DNA of 64,000 nucleotides from a virus (Duplodnaviria; Heunggongvirae; Uroviricota; Caudoviricetes): IMG/VR virus record IMGVR_UViG_3300027631_000003; one strand, 5' to 3'. Shown piece by piece: positions 42,526 to 50,725 of this stretch (position 1 is its first letter; each line of letters starts with the position of its first letter). The notes under the pieces were generated by a model. It saw only the letters and a program-made list of their open reading frames with translations, ran no database searches and was not told where the DNA came from. The position numbers and the translations under genes were made by a program.

Positions 42526-42834
42526 TTATTCGTTATATTGTCTCATTGCAGCTAAATCTTGGGAAGTCATATTAGCAGCGGTTTCAGCTATAATATCCAA
42601 ATATGGGTTACCTGATGGGGGAACTTTAGATTTAGAATTTATTTGTTGAGATGGGGGAGTTAATCCCATACTAGCAGCTAAATTTTGTCTATAGGCTACC
42701 ATATCTACATCCTGAGTTGTGAAACTCATAGTTCTATTTTCTTGTATTGGAGTAGGATTAGTTTGTGATAGTTCTTCTCTTAGAACCTCACGAACAGCTT
42801 CTTTAATAAGTTTTTTAAATACGTCTACTTTCAT
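42526..42834 (-). CDS. Hypothetical protein
   Basis: 102 aa ORF. Confidence 0.4.
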   Translation of the reverse strand: MKVDVFKKLIKEAVREVLREELSQTNPTPIQENRTMSFTTQDVDMVAYRQNLAASMGLTPPSQQINSKSKVPPSGNPYLDIIAETAANMTSQDLAAMRQYNE

Positions 42835-42845
42835 GATTATAAATA

Positions 42846-44000
42846 TTAAGCTACGAGACCCTTTTGGTCTATTTGCAATTTTAATTCTTCAACTAATACT
42901 GGTGGATTTAAAGTGAATGAAGGTTTTGTTTGTAGTACTTCATTTCCATCTTTATTAGTAGCAACAGCATATCTTCGTTTATTACCTTTTACAACAAATT
43001 TATCATCTTTTTCTTCTTTTATATAAAATTTAAAATCTTTATAATCATATCCGTTTAGATAACCTAAATCACTAGTTTTAAGTAAATCTTGAATTTCACT
43101 AGATGATAAATTTTCAATATTACTATCTAATATATCACTTATATTTTGAAGTTTAGCTTTTATTTCTGCTAAGTTTTCTTCTAATTTTGATATTACTAGT
43201 AATAATATAGGAAGAAAAGGTAAAATTTTAAATAATATTTTTTCTAATTTATTTATTAATCTAATAGTAGCTCCTGTTATTGCTAATGGAGGTAGAAAGG
43301 AAAGAGCAGTTACTAATAAAGTTAATACACCAGTAATAAGAGTTAAAATTTCAGCATATTTTCTTACTTCAGATAATCTTTTTTCATTTATTCCGATAAT
43401 AATTAAAGCATTATTTCTTTTTACTTTAACAACATCTACATCTTGTTTAGTTTTAATATTCGCTATATCATTATTAACTTCAGTAACTATATCATCTAAT
43501 TTAGAATTATTTAAAGATATAAATTCTAAAGCTAGACTAACAACAAAACTTAAAGTAGCAACTATATCAAGACTTTTTGCAGCAGTTTTTAATCTTTTAA
43601 AATAATTTTTCTTTTCGTTTGATTCTTCTTTTATTTCTTCTTTTTTATTATCTTCAACAATTACAATAATTTCTTTTTCTTCAGGAGGAAGAGGATCACT
43701 TAATTTTAATTGTTCATCTTGTAATTCATCCCATCGTTTTTGAAGATTTTCTAATTGTTTATCGGTAACTTTATATAGATTTTCAACTATTTTATTTTTA
43801 GTTTCCTCATCAAACTCTTGATTATTTTTTGTTTTATTATATTCTAAACCACGTTTGATTTTAATCTCACGCATCTCAATTTTAATTTGAGCTTGATTAT
43901 ATTCAATTTCAACACGTCGGGCCGCACGCACAATAAAAGGTTTTCTTTTAACCTTTTTAGGTCTATCGGTTAAAGAAATTAGATTATCATTTTCAGCCAT
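42846..44000 (-). CDS. Coiled-coil protein with internal hydrophobic helices (baseplate/tail assembly candidate)
   Basis: 384 aa. Basic N-terminus, long coiled-coil, and two or three hydrophobic segments. Confidence 0.4.
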   Translation of the reverse strand: MAENDNLISLTDRPKKVKRKPFIVRAARRVEIEYNQAQIKIEMREIKIKRGLEYNKTKNNQEFDEETKNKIVENLYKVTDKQLENLQKRWDELQDEQLKLSDPLPPEEKEIIVIVEDNKKEEIKEESNEKKNYFKRLKTAAKSLDIVATLSFVVSLALEFISLNNSKLDDIVTEVNNDIANIKTKQDVDVVKVKRNNALIIIGINEKRLSEVRKYAEILTLITGVLTLLVTALSFLPPLAITGATIRLINKLEKILFKILPFLPILLLVISKLEENLAEIKAKLQNISDILDSNIENLSSSEIQDLLKTSDLGYLNGYDYKDFKFYIKEEKDDKFVVKGNKRRYAVATNKDGNEVLQTKPSFTLNPPVLVEELKLQIDQKGLVA

Positions 44001-44004
44001 AATT

Positions 44005-45168
44005 TTAATTAGCTACGAATACAGTTTTAGAATAAATTTTAATTAATCTCTTTCTCATTCCTTTTAATTTTCCTCTTAAAGTATCTGCTGAGGAGTTAAT
44101 TATAGGATTAGATACACCTTCACCTTGAGTAGTATATAGTTTTATATCGGATGAAAATTCATTTAATGCTGATATAAGATCGGAAAGTAAAGTAAATGTT
44201 TGTTTACCTAATAATACAGGTTCTTTAGGAGTAGAATTTTCATTATTTCCTAAAAATATTTTTGGACTATTTAAAAATATACTTTCATCAGAATCAAGAT
44301 GAATAGTTCTTTTTGCAGCTAATTCAACGTTAGTATTAGCACATAATATTAATTCATCTGCTCTAGAATATAACGTTATACGATCAGATACTAATAATAA
44401 TTGAGGACGTGTGTATACTGATGGTACTATCGGGCCTGTTACTGGGTTAGATGAAATAAAACGAGAAGGATATAAAAATATTGATTGATTTGAAGTCATA
44501 TAAATAGATGAATCATCTTTATTTATATCTTCTATATGTGGTTTACCATCATTATCTTTAGGATATTGATAACCATTTACTATTTTTATAATAGGATCAC
44601 CTACATTTCCCGATGTACTCCATGTATTATTTAATTCAGTATACTTTAATGTACTACTAAATCTAATCCCATGTCCCCACCTTCCACTAATAATTAAATC
44701 CCCTTCAAATGGATAAGAAGGTGACACTTGTCGCTCTTCAATATATGAACCTAAAATAATAGTTCCATCTTCCCTAATATTATTAGTTGCTTCTGAATTA
44801 TGGTGGGGGCTATTATATAAATTTATAGGAGATAAATAATAATATCTATTTTGAATTTTTTGAAGTATAACTAATTCTTCTTGTTTAGGAAAAAATGTTA
44901 TATATGGAAGTAAAGGTGATGCAGATGTATCTTCATATTGAGATAATAATGCATTATTTATTTCTGATTTTTTAGGAGTTGGTTGATTCCAAGGAACATA
45001 ATATATTTTACCTATACTACTCCAATCAGAATACCCATAATCCTTATCATTTTTTACAATATGAAATACACGACCATATAATTCTTCAGAGTTAGAATTA
45101 AGATTTAAATTATTCGAATTGATATGTTGAGTTTGAGCTCCAGGATTAATCCTTACTACGGTCGACAT
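44005..45168 (-). CDS. Baseplate hub/spike candidate (weak gp5 OB-fold-like N-terminus)
   Basis: 387 aa. YGRVFHIVKNDKD is faintly reminiscent of gp5/VgrG GRIRVRV. Located upstream of gp25/gp6. Confidence 0.3.
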   Translation of the reverse strand: MSTVVRINPGAQTQHINSNNLNLNSNSEELYGRVFHIVKNDKDYGYSDWSSIGKIYYVPWNQPTPKKSEINNALLSQYEDTSASPLLPYITFFPKQEELVILQKIQNRYYYLSPINLYNSPHHNSEATNNIREDGTIILGSYIEERQVSPSYPFEGDLIISGRWGHGIRFSSTLKYTELNNTWSTSGNVGDPIIKIVNGYQYPKDNDGKPHIEDINKDDSSIYMTSNQSIFLYPSRFISSNPVTGPIVPSVYTRPQLLLVSDRITLYSRADELILCANTNVELAAKRTIHLDSDESIFLNSPKIFLGNNENSTPKEPVLLGKQTFTLLSDLISALNEFSSDIKLYTTQGEGVSNPIINSSADTLRGKLKGMRKRLIKIYSKTVFVAN

Positions 45169-45520
45169 TACTTTCTATAGGTTTATTTACTTCGTTTCCA
45201 ATTTTTTGTACTTCACCTCTTAACTGTTCTAATTCAGATTCACTTAAAAAGTCTCCATCTCCATTCCCTCCCGAATTAGCCATAGCACGCTGTACAATAC
45301 CTGCCATTTTGATTAATGAATCATCATTTTTAACAGACACGTCAAGATATTCTTTAATTAATGGAACAACCATTAAAGCCGACTGAGTGTCGGCTACTAA
45401 AGGTTTAAGACTTGTAATTAAATCTTTTATTTGTTTTTCCTTTTCTCGAGAATTATCGTATATATTTTTTAAAAGATCGGAAAACGATTTATTTCCAAAT
45501 ATTTTTTGTTCAAAATCCAT
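45146..45520 (-). CDS. Hypothetical protein
   Basis: 124 aa ORF. Confidence 0.4.
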   Translation of the reverse strand: MDFEQKIFGNKSFSDLLKNIYDNSREKEKQIKDLITSLKPLVADTQSALMVVPLIKEYLDVSVKNDDSLIKMAGIVQRAMANSGGNGDGDFLSESELEQLRGEVQKIGNEVNKPIESNVDRSKD

Positions 45521-45549
45521 AATATTTATTTTATTATAAATATATTTTT

Positions 45550-46305
45550 TTAGATTTTTACAAATCCTGTTTCGTAATATTCATTATATAAATTATAATA
45601 TACCTTTTTTAATACTTTTATTACTTTAGTTATTTGAAAGGTATCAACATCTATCATTTCACGAATATAAATGTAAATAGCTTTTTTATTAAATATTTCT
45701 AAATTTTCACGTTTACGAAACAATTCTAAAATTACATCCGCTGTTTTTTGATCTTGGGTTCTTGGAAAAAATTTTTCAAGATGAGCATCCATATAACGAA
45801 CAAAATAAGAAATAAAATCATTTAAATCAGCATCGTTATTTGATTCACGAACCAAATCTTCAACTATAATTTTATCTTCATCTACTTCTTCTAAAGTACC
45901 TTTACCTTTAATCTTTTTATAGTTTTTTTCGTTATATATAATTAAATAACGTTTAGCAATAGTACCAAAATAAGAATATGCTTTACCTTTAGATTGATCA
46001 TATAAATGAAGTTTCTCTAAAAGAAAAGCTACTACCTCATGTTTTAACTCATTTATAGTATCAACATCAGTATAATAAAACTTAAATGTGTGAATTATAT
46101 TTTCTGCTAATTTATGGAATGCGTAGTCAATACGTTGATCAAATATATGATTACGATTATCTTGATCTTTAGAGGCTAAATATTCTATAATTGCTTCTTC
46201 GGTATCTGAAGTAAAATATAAAATTGATTTTTTAGGTTTACGTTTACGTATTGTTCCTTTTTTAGTTAAAAGTACCTCTTCTTCTGGAGGGGATATTAAA
46301 TCCAT
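45550..46305 (-). CDS. Late-transcription sigma factor candidate (T4 gp55-like)
   Basis: 251 aa. EEAIIEYLASKDQDNRNHIF...HLYDQSKGKAYSYFGTIAKRYLI aligns with T4 gp55 LLQAIIDWKTELANNKD...[24 protein letters not shown]. Confidence 0.45.
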   Translation of the reverse strand: MDLISPPEEEVLLTKKGTIRKRKPKKSILYFTSDTEEAIIEYLASKDQDNRNHIFDQRIDYAFHKLAENIIHTFKFYYTDVDTINELKHEVVAFLLEKLHLYDQSKGKAYSYFGTIAKRYLIIYNEKNYKKIKGKGTLEEVDEDKIIVEDLVRESNNDADLNDFISYFVRYMDAHLEKFFPRTQDQKTADVILELFRKRENLEIFNKKAIYIYIREMIDVDTFQITKVIKVLKKVYYNLYNEYYETGFVKI

Positions 46306-46306
46306 A

Positions 46307-46591
46307 TTAATTATTTCGAGTTTTAAAAGAATTCAATTGTGTTTGAATTTCTTGTAATGTCTCAAAGAAAAAACCAATATCATCATCTGACTTAAATGCT
46401 TGCGCGACTTCAGACTCCCCTATTTTTTTATTTGATAATTCTATAAGTTCAGAAATATTAGTAATATATTGATTTTGTTGATCAACAATTTTTTCTAATC
46501 GTTCTGTTTTTGAAAATAAATTATAGCACGCATATGATACGGCTACAATTAATGTAATTAAAGTATATAATATAATTTCCATATTAATCAA
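46307..46591 (-). CDS. Small membrane protein (N-terminal TM + coiled-coil)
   Basis: 94 aa. Confidence 0.4.
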   Translation of the reverse strand: MINMEIILYTLITLIVAVSYACYNLFSKTERLEKIVDQQNQYITNISELIELSNKKIGESEVAQAFKSDDDIGFFFETLQEIQTQLNSFKTRNN

Positions 46592-47345
46592 AAAATGTAT
46601 TCATAATGTCCTTTAAATTAGAATTCTCTGGAACAGTTATTTGTACTGGTTTTTTATTTGGTTGAGAAATTGTTTGCTTTGGTTGTTCAACCGGAGTTCC
46701 ATTTAATTTATCCAACCATTCACGTTCGAATTCAATACGTGCTGCTAATAAATCAGCTTGGTGGATAATGAGTGGTAATGATGTACGTAATTTAGTTTCT
46801 GGGCCCCACGATAGTAAATAAGATTTATTTGATTCATCATATAAACCATCATGTAATTTAATAGCTAACCATTCATTTTTAGAAACTTCAACACCAATTT
46901 GAGATAATAACCACAAACCTCGGTCTGGAACAGTCATATAATCCATTTGGGTATTAAAGGTATAAATTTCACCTCTATTTTTAACATGCCATTCAGACGG
47001 ATTAGGTAAAACAGCTTCATGTTCGAATGTACCAAATTTACCTAAATCATGATTTAAAGCAGAAAACACTACCTCTTCAGTAGTATATGTAGGTTTAACA
47101 TCAAATTTTCTCCAAATTATATCTATCTCCAAACTAGCTGATACCACACGATTAACATGTTCGATATATCCTCCAGGGAAACAGTTGTGATATGCTGGTT
47201 TATGCGATGCAGGTAATAATATAAAGCGTTCTTCATACTTATTATAAAAATCAATTAACCGTTTTTGGCGATCACCAGTGATATATTGTTCAATATAACC
47301 TAAAAATTGTTGCCAGTTTTCTAGCAATTGCTCTTCATTCAACAT
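46584..47345 (-). CDS. HD-domain phosphohydrolase
   Basis: Motifs H..H at YHNCFPGGYIEH, the HD at LNHDLGK, D at IKLHDGLYD, and IIHQADLLAARIE. Confidence 0.6.
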   Translation of the reverse strand: MLNEEQLLENWQQFLGYIEQYITGDRQKRLIDFYNKYEERFILLPASHKPAYHNCFPGGYIEHVNRVVSASLEIDIIWRKFDVKPTYTTEEVVFSALNHDLGKFGTFEHEAVLPNPSEWHVKNRGEIYTFNTQMDYMTVPDRGLWLLSQIGVEVSKNEWLAIKLHDGLYDESNKSYLLSWGPETKLRTSLPLIIHQADLLAARIEFEREWLDKLNGTPVEQPKQTISQPNKKPVQITVPENSNLKDIMNTFFD

Positions 47346-47360
47346 AACCTATTTTTTTAT

Positions 47361-47552
47361 TTAAATGTACGTAGAAAACTCATCGTGTTCTAAAGAAACA
47401 GTTGAGCGTAAATCCTCAATTTTTTCCTTCATGTCACTTAATGTTTGCATCAATTCATTAAAACCTTCACCTCGTGAAAGTTGAAAATCCAATGTACGGT
47501 TTAGATTTTCTAATTGATTTATTTTATTTAAGACTTGATCCTTATACCTCAT
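47361..47552 (-). CDS. Small hypothetical protein
   Basis: 63 aa ORF downstream of the AACGTTT palindrome region. Confidence 0.4.
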   Translation of the reverse strand: MRYKDQVLNKINQLENLNRTLDFQLSRGEGFNELMQTLSDMKEKIEDLRSTVSLEHDEFSTYI

Positions 47553-47597
47553 AATTTAATACATTTATACGTATATACGTGTTTGGTGTGATGTTTG

Positions 47598-47680
47598 GTC
47601 AACGTTTGCAAACGTTTGTAACATTTCGCGTTTATTTTCCAATTGTTTGGGTTTCAAACCATCCCAACGTTTAAATATAC
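47598..47680. promoter_or_regulatory. Operator-like region with perfect 16-bp palindrome AACGTTTGCAAACGTT and two further AACGTTT half-sites
   Basis: Palindrome at 47601..47616, CGCGTTTAT at ~47628 and CCAACGTTTAAA at ~47664, in the 150-bp intergenic region upstream of the 63-aa gene. Confidence 0.45.
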
Positions 47681-47702
47681 GTGGGACACTTTTAACGCCA
47701 AA

Positions 47703-47987
47703 TTATTTCTTGGATTTTTTTAATAATTTTTTAGATTCTTTAATCATTTCTTGTAAATCGATTGCTCTAAATGGAAATGAAAAGTATTTTGTTTTTTCAG
47801 CATTTTTTAAAATATCATCCTCTTGTGGATCATCAGTAATAAAAAACGTAAATTGAGCTTTACCCGGTAAAGCATCAAGTAAATCGGTTGAGGAAATTTC
47901 ACGATCCAAACCATTATCTTTAAATAAAGTATTTATACCGTTTACAAAAGCTGCTTTATTAGCATCTTTAAATAGATATGTTGCCAT
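47703..47987 (-). CDS. Hypothetical protein
   Basis: 94 aa, with TATATTTATT motif upstream. Confidence 0.4.
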   Translation of the reverse strand: MATYLFKDANKAAFVNGINTLFKDNGLDREISSTDLLDALPGKAQFTFFITDDPQEDDILKNAEKTKYFSFPFRAIDLQEMIKESKKLLKKSKK

Positions 47988-48031
47988 ATTAAAATTTTAT
48001 TTTGTTTATAATAAATATATAAATTGATGAT

Positions 48032-48502
48032 TTACGTGAGATCCTCGTTAGGTATGCCTAAAACTTCAAAAATCACGTCGTGCGCAATATCAAAAGAAAC
48101 AGCAAAACCTTCGCGATTATCTTCAACTCTAAAATCATTCAAACGTCGGTGAATTTCCTGTTCCATAGCATAAGGATTCTGGGTGAACCAAAAATCTCGT
48201 ACTTGCCATGGTGAAATAACACCCGAAGAAGAATTAATTTCATTAACACGGTCCGCAACCGAACGCTCAGTAAATCCAATTTTAAAAACACCGGGTACCG
48301 ATGTATTTTGTAAAACATAGATGTGACCCGTTGAAAAAGGTGTTTTTTTATTCCCATATTTCTTTTTGAAATAACGCACATTCCATGCATTTTTTCCTAC
48401 TTCAACGAAATCGTACGCTTTAGCCATTTTGACGTTATCTCGCACTTGTTGAGCGTTCATCTCGTAAAATTCGGACGTGTCCTTACCTGTTAAATTTTCC
48501 AT
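48032..48502 (-). CDS. T5orf172/MUG113-like (GIY-YIG superfamily) domain protein
   Basis: GHIYVLQNTSVPGVFKIGFTERSVADRVNEINS...EQEIHRRL matches the G.IYVL..KIG.T...R...L pattern of T5orf172 domains. Confidence 0.5.
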   Translation of the reverse strand: MENLTGKDTSEFYEMNAQQVRDNVKMAKAYDFVEVGKNAWNVRYFKKKYGNKKTPFSTGHIYVLQNTSVPGVFKIGFTERSVADRVNEINSSSGVISPWQVRDFWFTQNPYAMEQEIHRRLNDFRVEDNREGFAVSFDIAHDVIFEVLGIPNEDLT

Positions 48503-48505
48503 AAC

Positions 48506-48784
48506 CTATTTGTCTTCAACCCAAATTTCTAAATCTTCCTCTAACGGACTAGTTTTACCTGGAATATAATTTGGGTTTTTAATTGTTTTCCAAGACTGAC
48601 CACAACGTGAGCATTTACATTTATTTGGCATCCAACCAAAATTGTACACGTATTTGTGACCAAAAATTTTACATATTAATTTCTTCATAACCGGTGAATG
48701 TGGTAAGGACATTTTGTATATACAAACCGGTTTCCAAAAAATTTTGTAGAGGTTAAAATTTGAGATCTTGGATTTTTTATTCAA
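48506..48784 (-). CDS. Small C4 zinc-ribbon protein (start uncertain; ORF-track start is non-ATG, alternative ATG at 48712)
   Basis: CKIFGHKY...CKCSRCG. The codon at 48784 reads TTG. An internal MSLPHSPV start is at 48712. Confidence 0.4.
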   Translation of the reverse strand: MNKKSKISNFNLYKIFWKPVCIYKMSLPHSPVMKKLICKIFGHKYVYNFGWMPNKCKCSRCGQSWKTIKNPNYIPGKTSPLEEDLEIWVEDK

Positions 48785-48807
48785 AAGGGTTATTTTGGAA
48801 TTTAAAA

Positions 48808-48827
48808 TTTCCTTATTATGTTTATAG
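48808..48827 (+). promoter_or_regulatory. Reverse-orientation copy of the early promoter-like motif (TTTCCTTATTATGTTTATAG on the + strand) pointing toward the GC-rich island
   Basis: All other copies read TTTCCTAATTATCTTTAATCTG on the minus (gene) strand. This copy has the same sense on the plus strand. Confidence 0.4.
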
Positions 48828-48916
48828 TGTTGAAACGTTCATTGAAATATTATATTTGTATATACGAGGCGCGGGGTGTAAAATTGTATACGTGTTGAGA
48901 GTGTGTATGGTTAAGA

Positions 48917-49005
48917 CACGGCCCTACCCGCCGCGCGTAGGGACCGCGGCCAGCGTGGGAGCAACCCGCGCACGAGTCGCGGTCGACCCGCTATCGTCCG
49001 TCTCT
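48917..49005. other. ~70% G+C island with three consecutive hairpins (CCCTAC-N9-GTAGGG; GCGTGGG-agcaa-CCCGCGC; GCGG-tcgac-CCGC) in a ~30% G+C genome; candidate structured RNA/terminator cluster/origin element
   Basis: Read directly from sequence at 48922..48942, 48953..48971 and 48979..48991. Flanked by a T-run, CTCTTTTGAGATTTTTTTA. Confidence 0.5.
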
Positions 49006-49012
49006 TTTGAGA

Positions 49013-49097
49013 TTTTTTTAGTACACGCGATTTTTTTGTCATACGCGCGTCTTTTTGTAATACACGCAGACTACCTAACCTTTGTGTAATACGTCAC
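49013..49097. repeat. Four imperfect ~18-20 bp direct repeats (iteron-like): TTTTTT(A)GT(A/C)ATAC(A/G)CGC
   Basis: tttttttagtacacgcga / tttttttgtcatacgcgcg / tctttttgtaatacacgcaga / tttgtgtaatacgtcac, in tandem. Confidence 0.55.
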
Positions 49098-49272
49098 ATT
49101 TCCAGCATCATCCATATGATAGGCGTGAACATGTGACTCTATTTGATATTTTGCAATACGGTGAATAGAACTGAATATCACCTGCTTATATGCACGTGAT
49201 TTTGGATTAGTCAATTTGGTCATGTGTTGTTTGTTTGAATGTGATTACTCAGGCGGATTAAATTGGTAATGG

Positions 49273-49638
49273 CTATTTAGCCACTACCTTTGATTTAACC
49301 TTGGTCTTAGCCTTAGTAGGCACTTCAATCACAATCGCTTTAGGACGTCCTAATTTTAATGTCCCGTTTGCACGACGAGCTTCTAAATCAGCTATACGTT
49401 TTGCTCTAGCGCTTTCTGGATTCGTAGGACGTCCACGCTTAATATCTAGACCTAATGCTTGCTTCATTAATCGCATTTCGCTTTTAATAGCATTCATTGA
49501 ACCTGGAACTGATGGACGACCACGCTTAATTAAACCTGCTTCTCGTTTTGCTTTAATTTCAGCTAAACGGATTTGTCTTACTGAAGTTGGATTAACTGGA
49601 CGACCTAATTGTGCTGTGTTGTTTTCTTGATTTTTCAT
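49273..49638 (-). CDS. Four-AT-hook repeat DNA-binding protein
   Basis: 121 aa with four spaced (K/L)(R/L)GRP motifs (LGRPVNP, KRGRPSVP, KRGRPTNP, KLGRPKAI). Each is preceded by a basic/Ala helix, about every 28 aa. Internal DNA repeats also leave the opposite strand open. Confidence 0.6.
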   Translation of the reverse strand: MKNQENNTAQLGRPVNPTSVRQIRLAEIKAKREAGLIKRGRPSVPGSMNAIKSEMRLMKQALGLDIKRGRPTNPESARAKRIADLEARRANGTLKLGRPKAIVIEVPTKAKTKVKSKVVAK

Positions 49639-49680
49639 ACTGTTTTTGTTTATTTGTTAGTTATTATTATTTATTATGTT

Positions 49681-49700
49681 GTAAATGTAACTTGGAAACC
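49681..49700 (-). promoter_or_regulatory. Early promoter-like motif (CTGG/TTGG variant)
   Basis: + strand reads gtaaatgtaacttggaaacc, upstream of the AT-hook gene. Confidence 0.5.
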
Positions 49701-49709
49701 TATTGGAAC

Positions 49710-49955
49710 CTAATCTTTTAAATTAACGGCTCCATATGCTGTTACTATGGATCCGAACACTAGAACGATTACCCAATCGGTGTCTTGATTATATAGGAAC
49801 CCGTAACATGCAATTACTACTAACGTTACACCTAATTTTAGAAGCAATGATGCACTGTTTCTCTTGGTTTTAGCCTGTTTCTCGGCTGCGATCTTAGCTA
49901 AACGATCTTTGTCATCAGCCCACTGTTCGAATTGTCTTGATTGTTTTGTCAACAT
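49710..49955 (-). CDS. Small two-TM membrane protein
   Basis: 81 aa. Promoter motif at 49993..50010. Confidence 0.45.
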   Translation of the reverse strand: MLTKQSRQFEQWADDKDRLAKIAAEKQAKTKRNSASLLLKLGVTLVVIACYGFLYNQDTDWVIVLVFGSIVTAYGAVNLKD

Positions 49956-49992
49956 GTCTTTTTATTTAGTTAGTTAATTATTTATTATGGAG

Positions 49993-50010
49993 TAAATGTA
50001 ATCTGGAAAT
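49993..50010 (-). promoter_or_regulatory. Early promoter-like motif
   Basis: + strand reads agtaaatgtaatctggaaat. Confidence 0.5.
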
Positions 50011-50013
50011 TGG

Positions 50014-50187
50014 TTAATCCCTATCAATCCATTCGGCTATGTACTTTATTTCCTCAGGTGTTAGGTTATCCACCATCTCATCTAAGCGATCCGCCTTAGC
50101 AATGGTTGTGTAACCGATCTGATCAATGTCTGAATTGATATCCCACTGTAATTTCTTGACTTCGATGCACTTTTGAATGTTAAGCAT
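50014..50187 (-). CDS. Small hypothetical protein (57 aa; below ORF-track cutoff)
   Basis: ATG at 50187 preceded by the conserved leader and the promoter motif at ~50210..50228. Own translation gives MLNIQKCIEVKKLQWDINSD.... Confidence 0.4.
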   Translation of the reverse strand: MLNIQKCIEVKKLQWDINSDIDQIGYTTIAKADRLDEMVDNLTPEEIKYIAEWIDRD

Positions 50188-50216
50188 GTTCGTTTGTTTT
50201 TATGTACATAGTAAAG

Positions 50217-50459
50217 TTAATCTAGAAACTTGCTATTGGGTATGTTTCTTAAGATATCCTCCTTTTCTACTTTCCATAAATTACCTTTGAAGTCTACTAC
50301 ATGAACAGTAACTGGATTTACCTTTTGGATAACACCTTCTTCAACTTCAGTTCCCCATCCTATATTCTGTAATTGAACCCAATACTTAAATTGAATTCTT
50401 TCTCCTAATGCGATTTTTGGTTGTGCGCTTGCTGCTTTCTTGATGATTTGAGTTGCCAT
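50217..50459 (-). CDS. Small hypothetical protein
   Basis: 80 aa. Motif at 50486..50502. Confidence 0.45.
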   Translation of the reverse strand: MATQIIKKAASAQPKIALGERIQFKYWVQLQNIGWGTEVEEGVIQKVNPVTVHVVDFKGNLWKVEKEDILRNIPNSKFLD

Positions 50460-50516
50460 GTTATTATTTATTTGTTATGTATGGAGTAAAATTAATTAAG
50501 ACATTCATTACTTACT

Positions 50517-50672
50517 AATATCATAATAAGTAACACCGTTTATTAAGATGAAATTGTCGTGTCTACATACACAGTAACTGTAGTGTAAGTACTTAGTTCC
50601 GTTAATTGTCTTAACAGGTACGATGTTTGGGTTTGAATTTTTAATGTGGGCGTTCTTGATTGTAGCTGACAT
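50517..50672 (-). CDS. Small Cys-containing hypothetical protein (~51 aa; coordinates approximate)
   Basis: ATG at 50672 preceded by leader and motif at 50705..50723. Own translation gives MSATIKNAHIKNSNPNIVPVKTINGTKYLHYSYCVCRHDNF.... Confidence 0.35.
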
Positions 50673-50725
50673 ATTTTGTTTGTTTAGTTAATTATTTATT
50701 ACAGGGTAATGATAATCTGGAAATT

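Noticed and set aside
48760-49089. Plus-strand 109-aa ORF across the GC-rich island
   Set aside because: It is open only because the GC-rich, stop-poor island lacks TAA/TAG/TGA. The product is low-complexity (RARVAVDP...) and there is no start context. The region is better explained as noncoding structure.
49301-49630. Plus-strand 109-aa ORF antisense to the AT-hook gene
   Set aside because: The four-fold repeat structure of the AT-hook gene leaves the reverse frame open. The minus-strand product has clear RGRP motifs and a promoter and leader.
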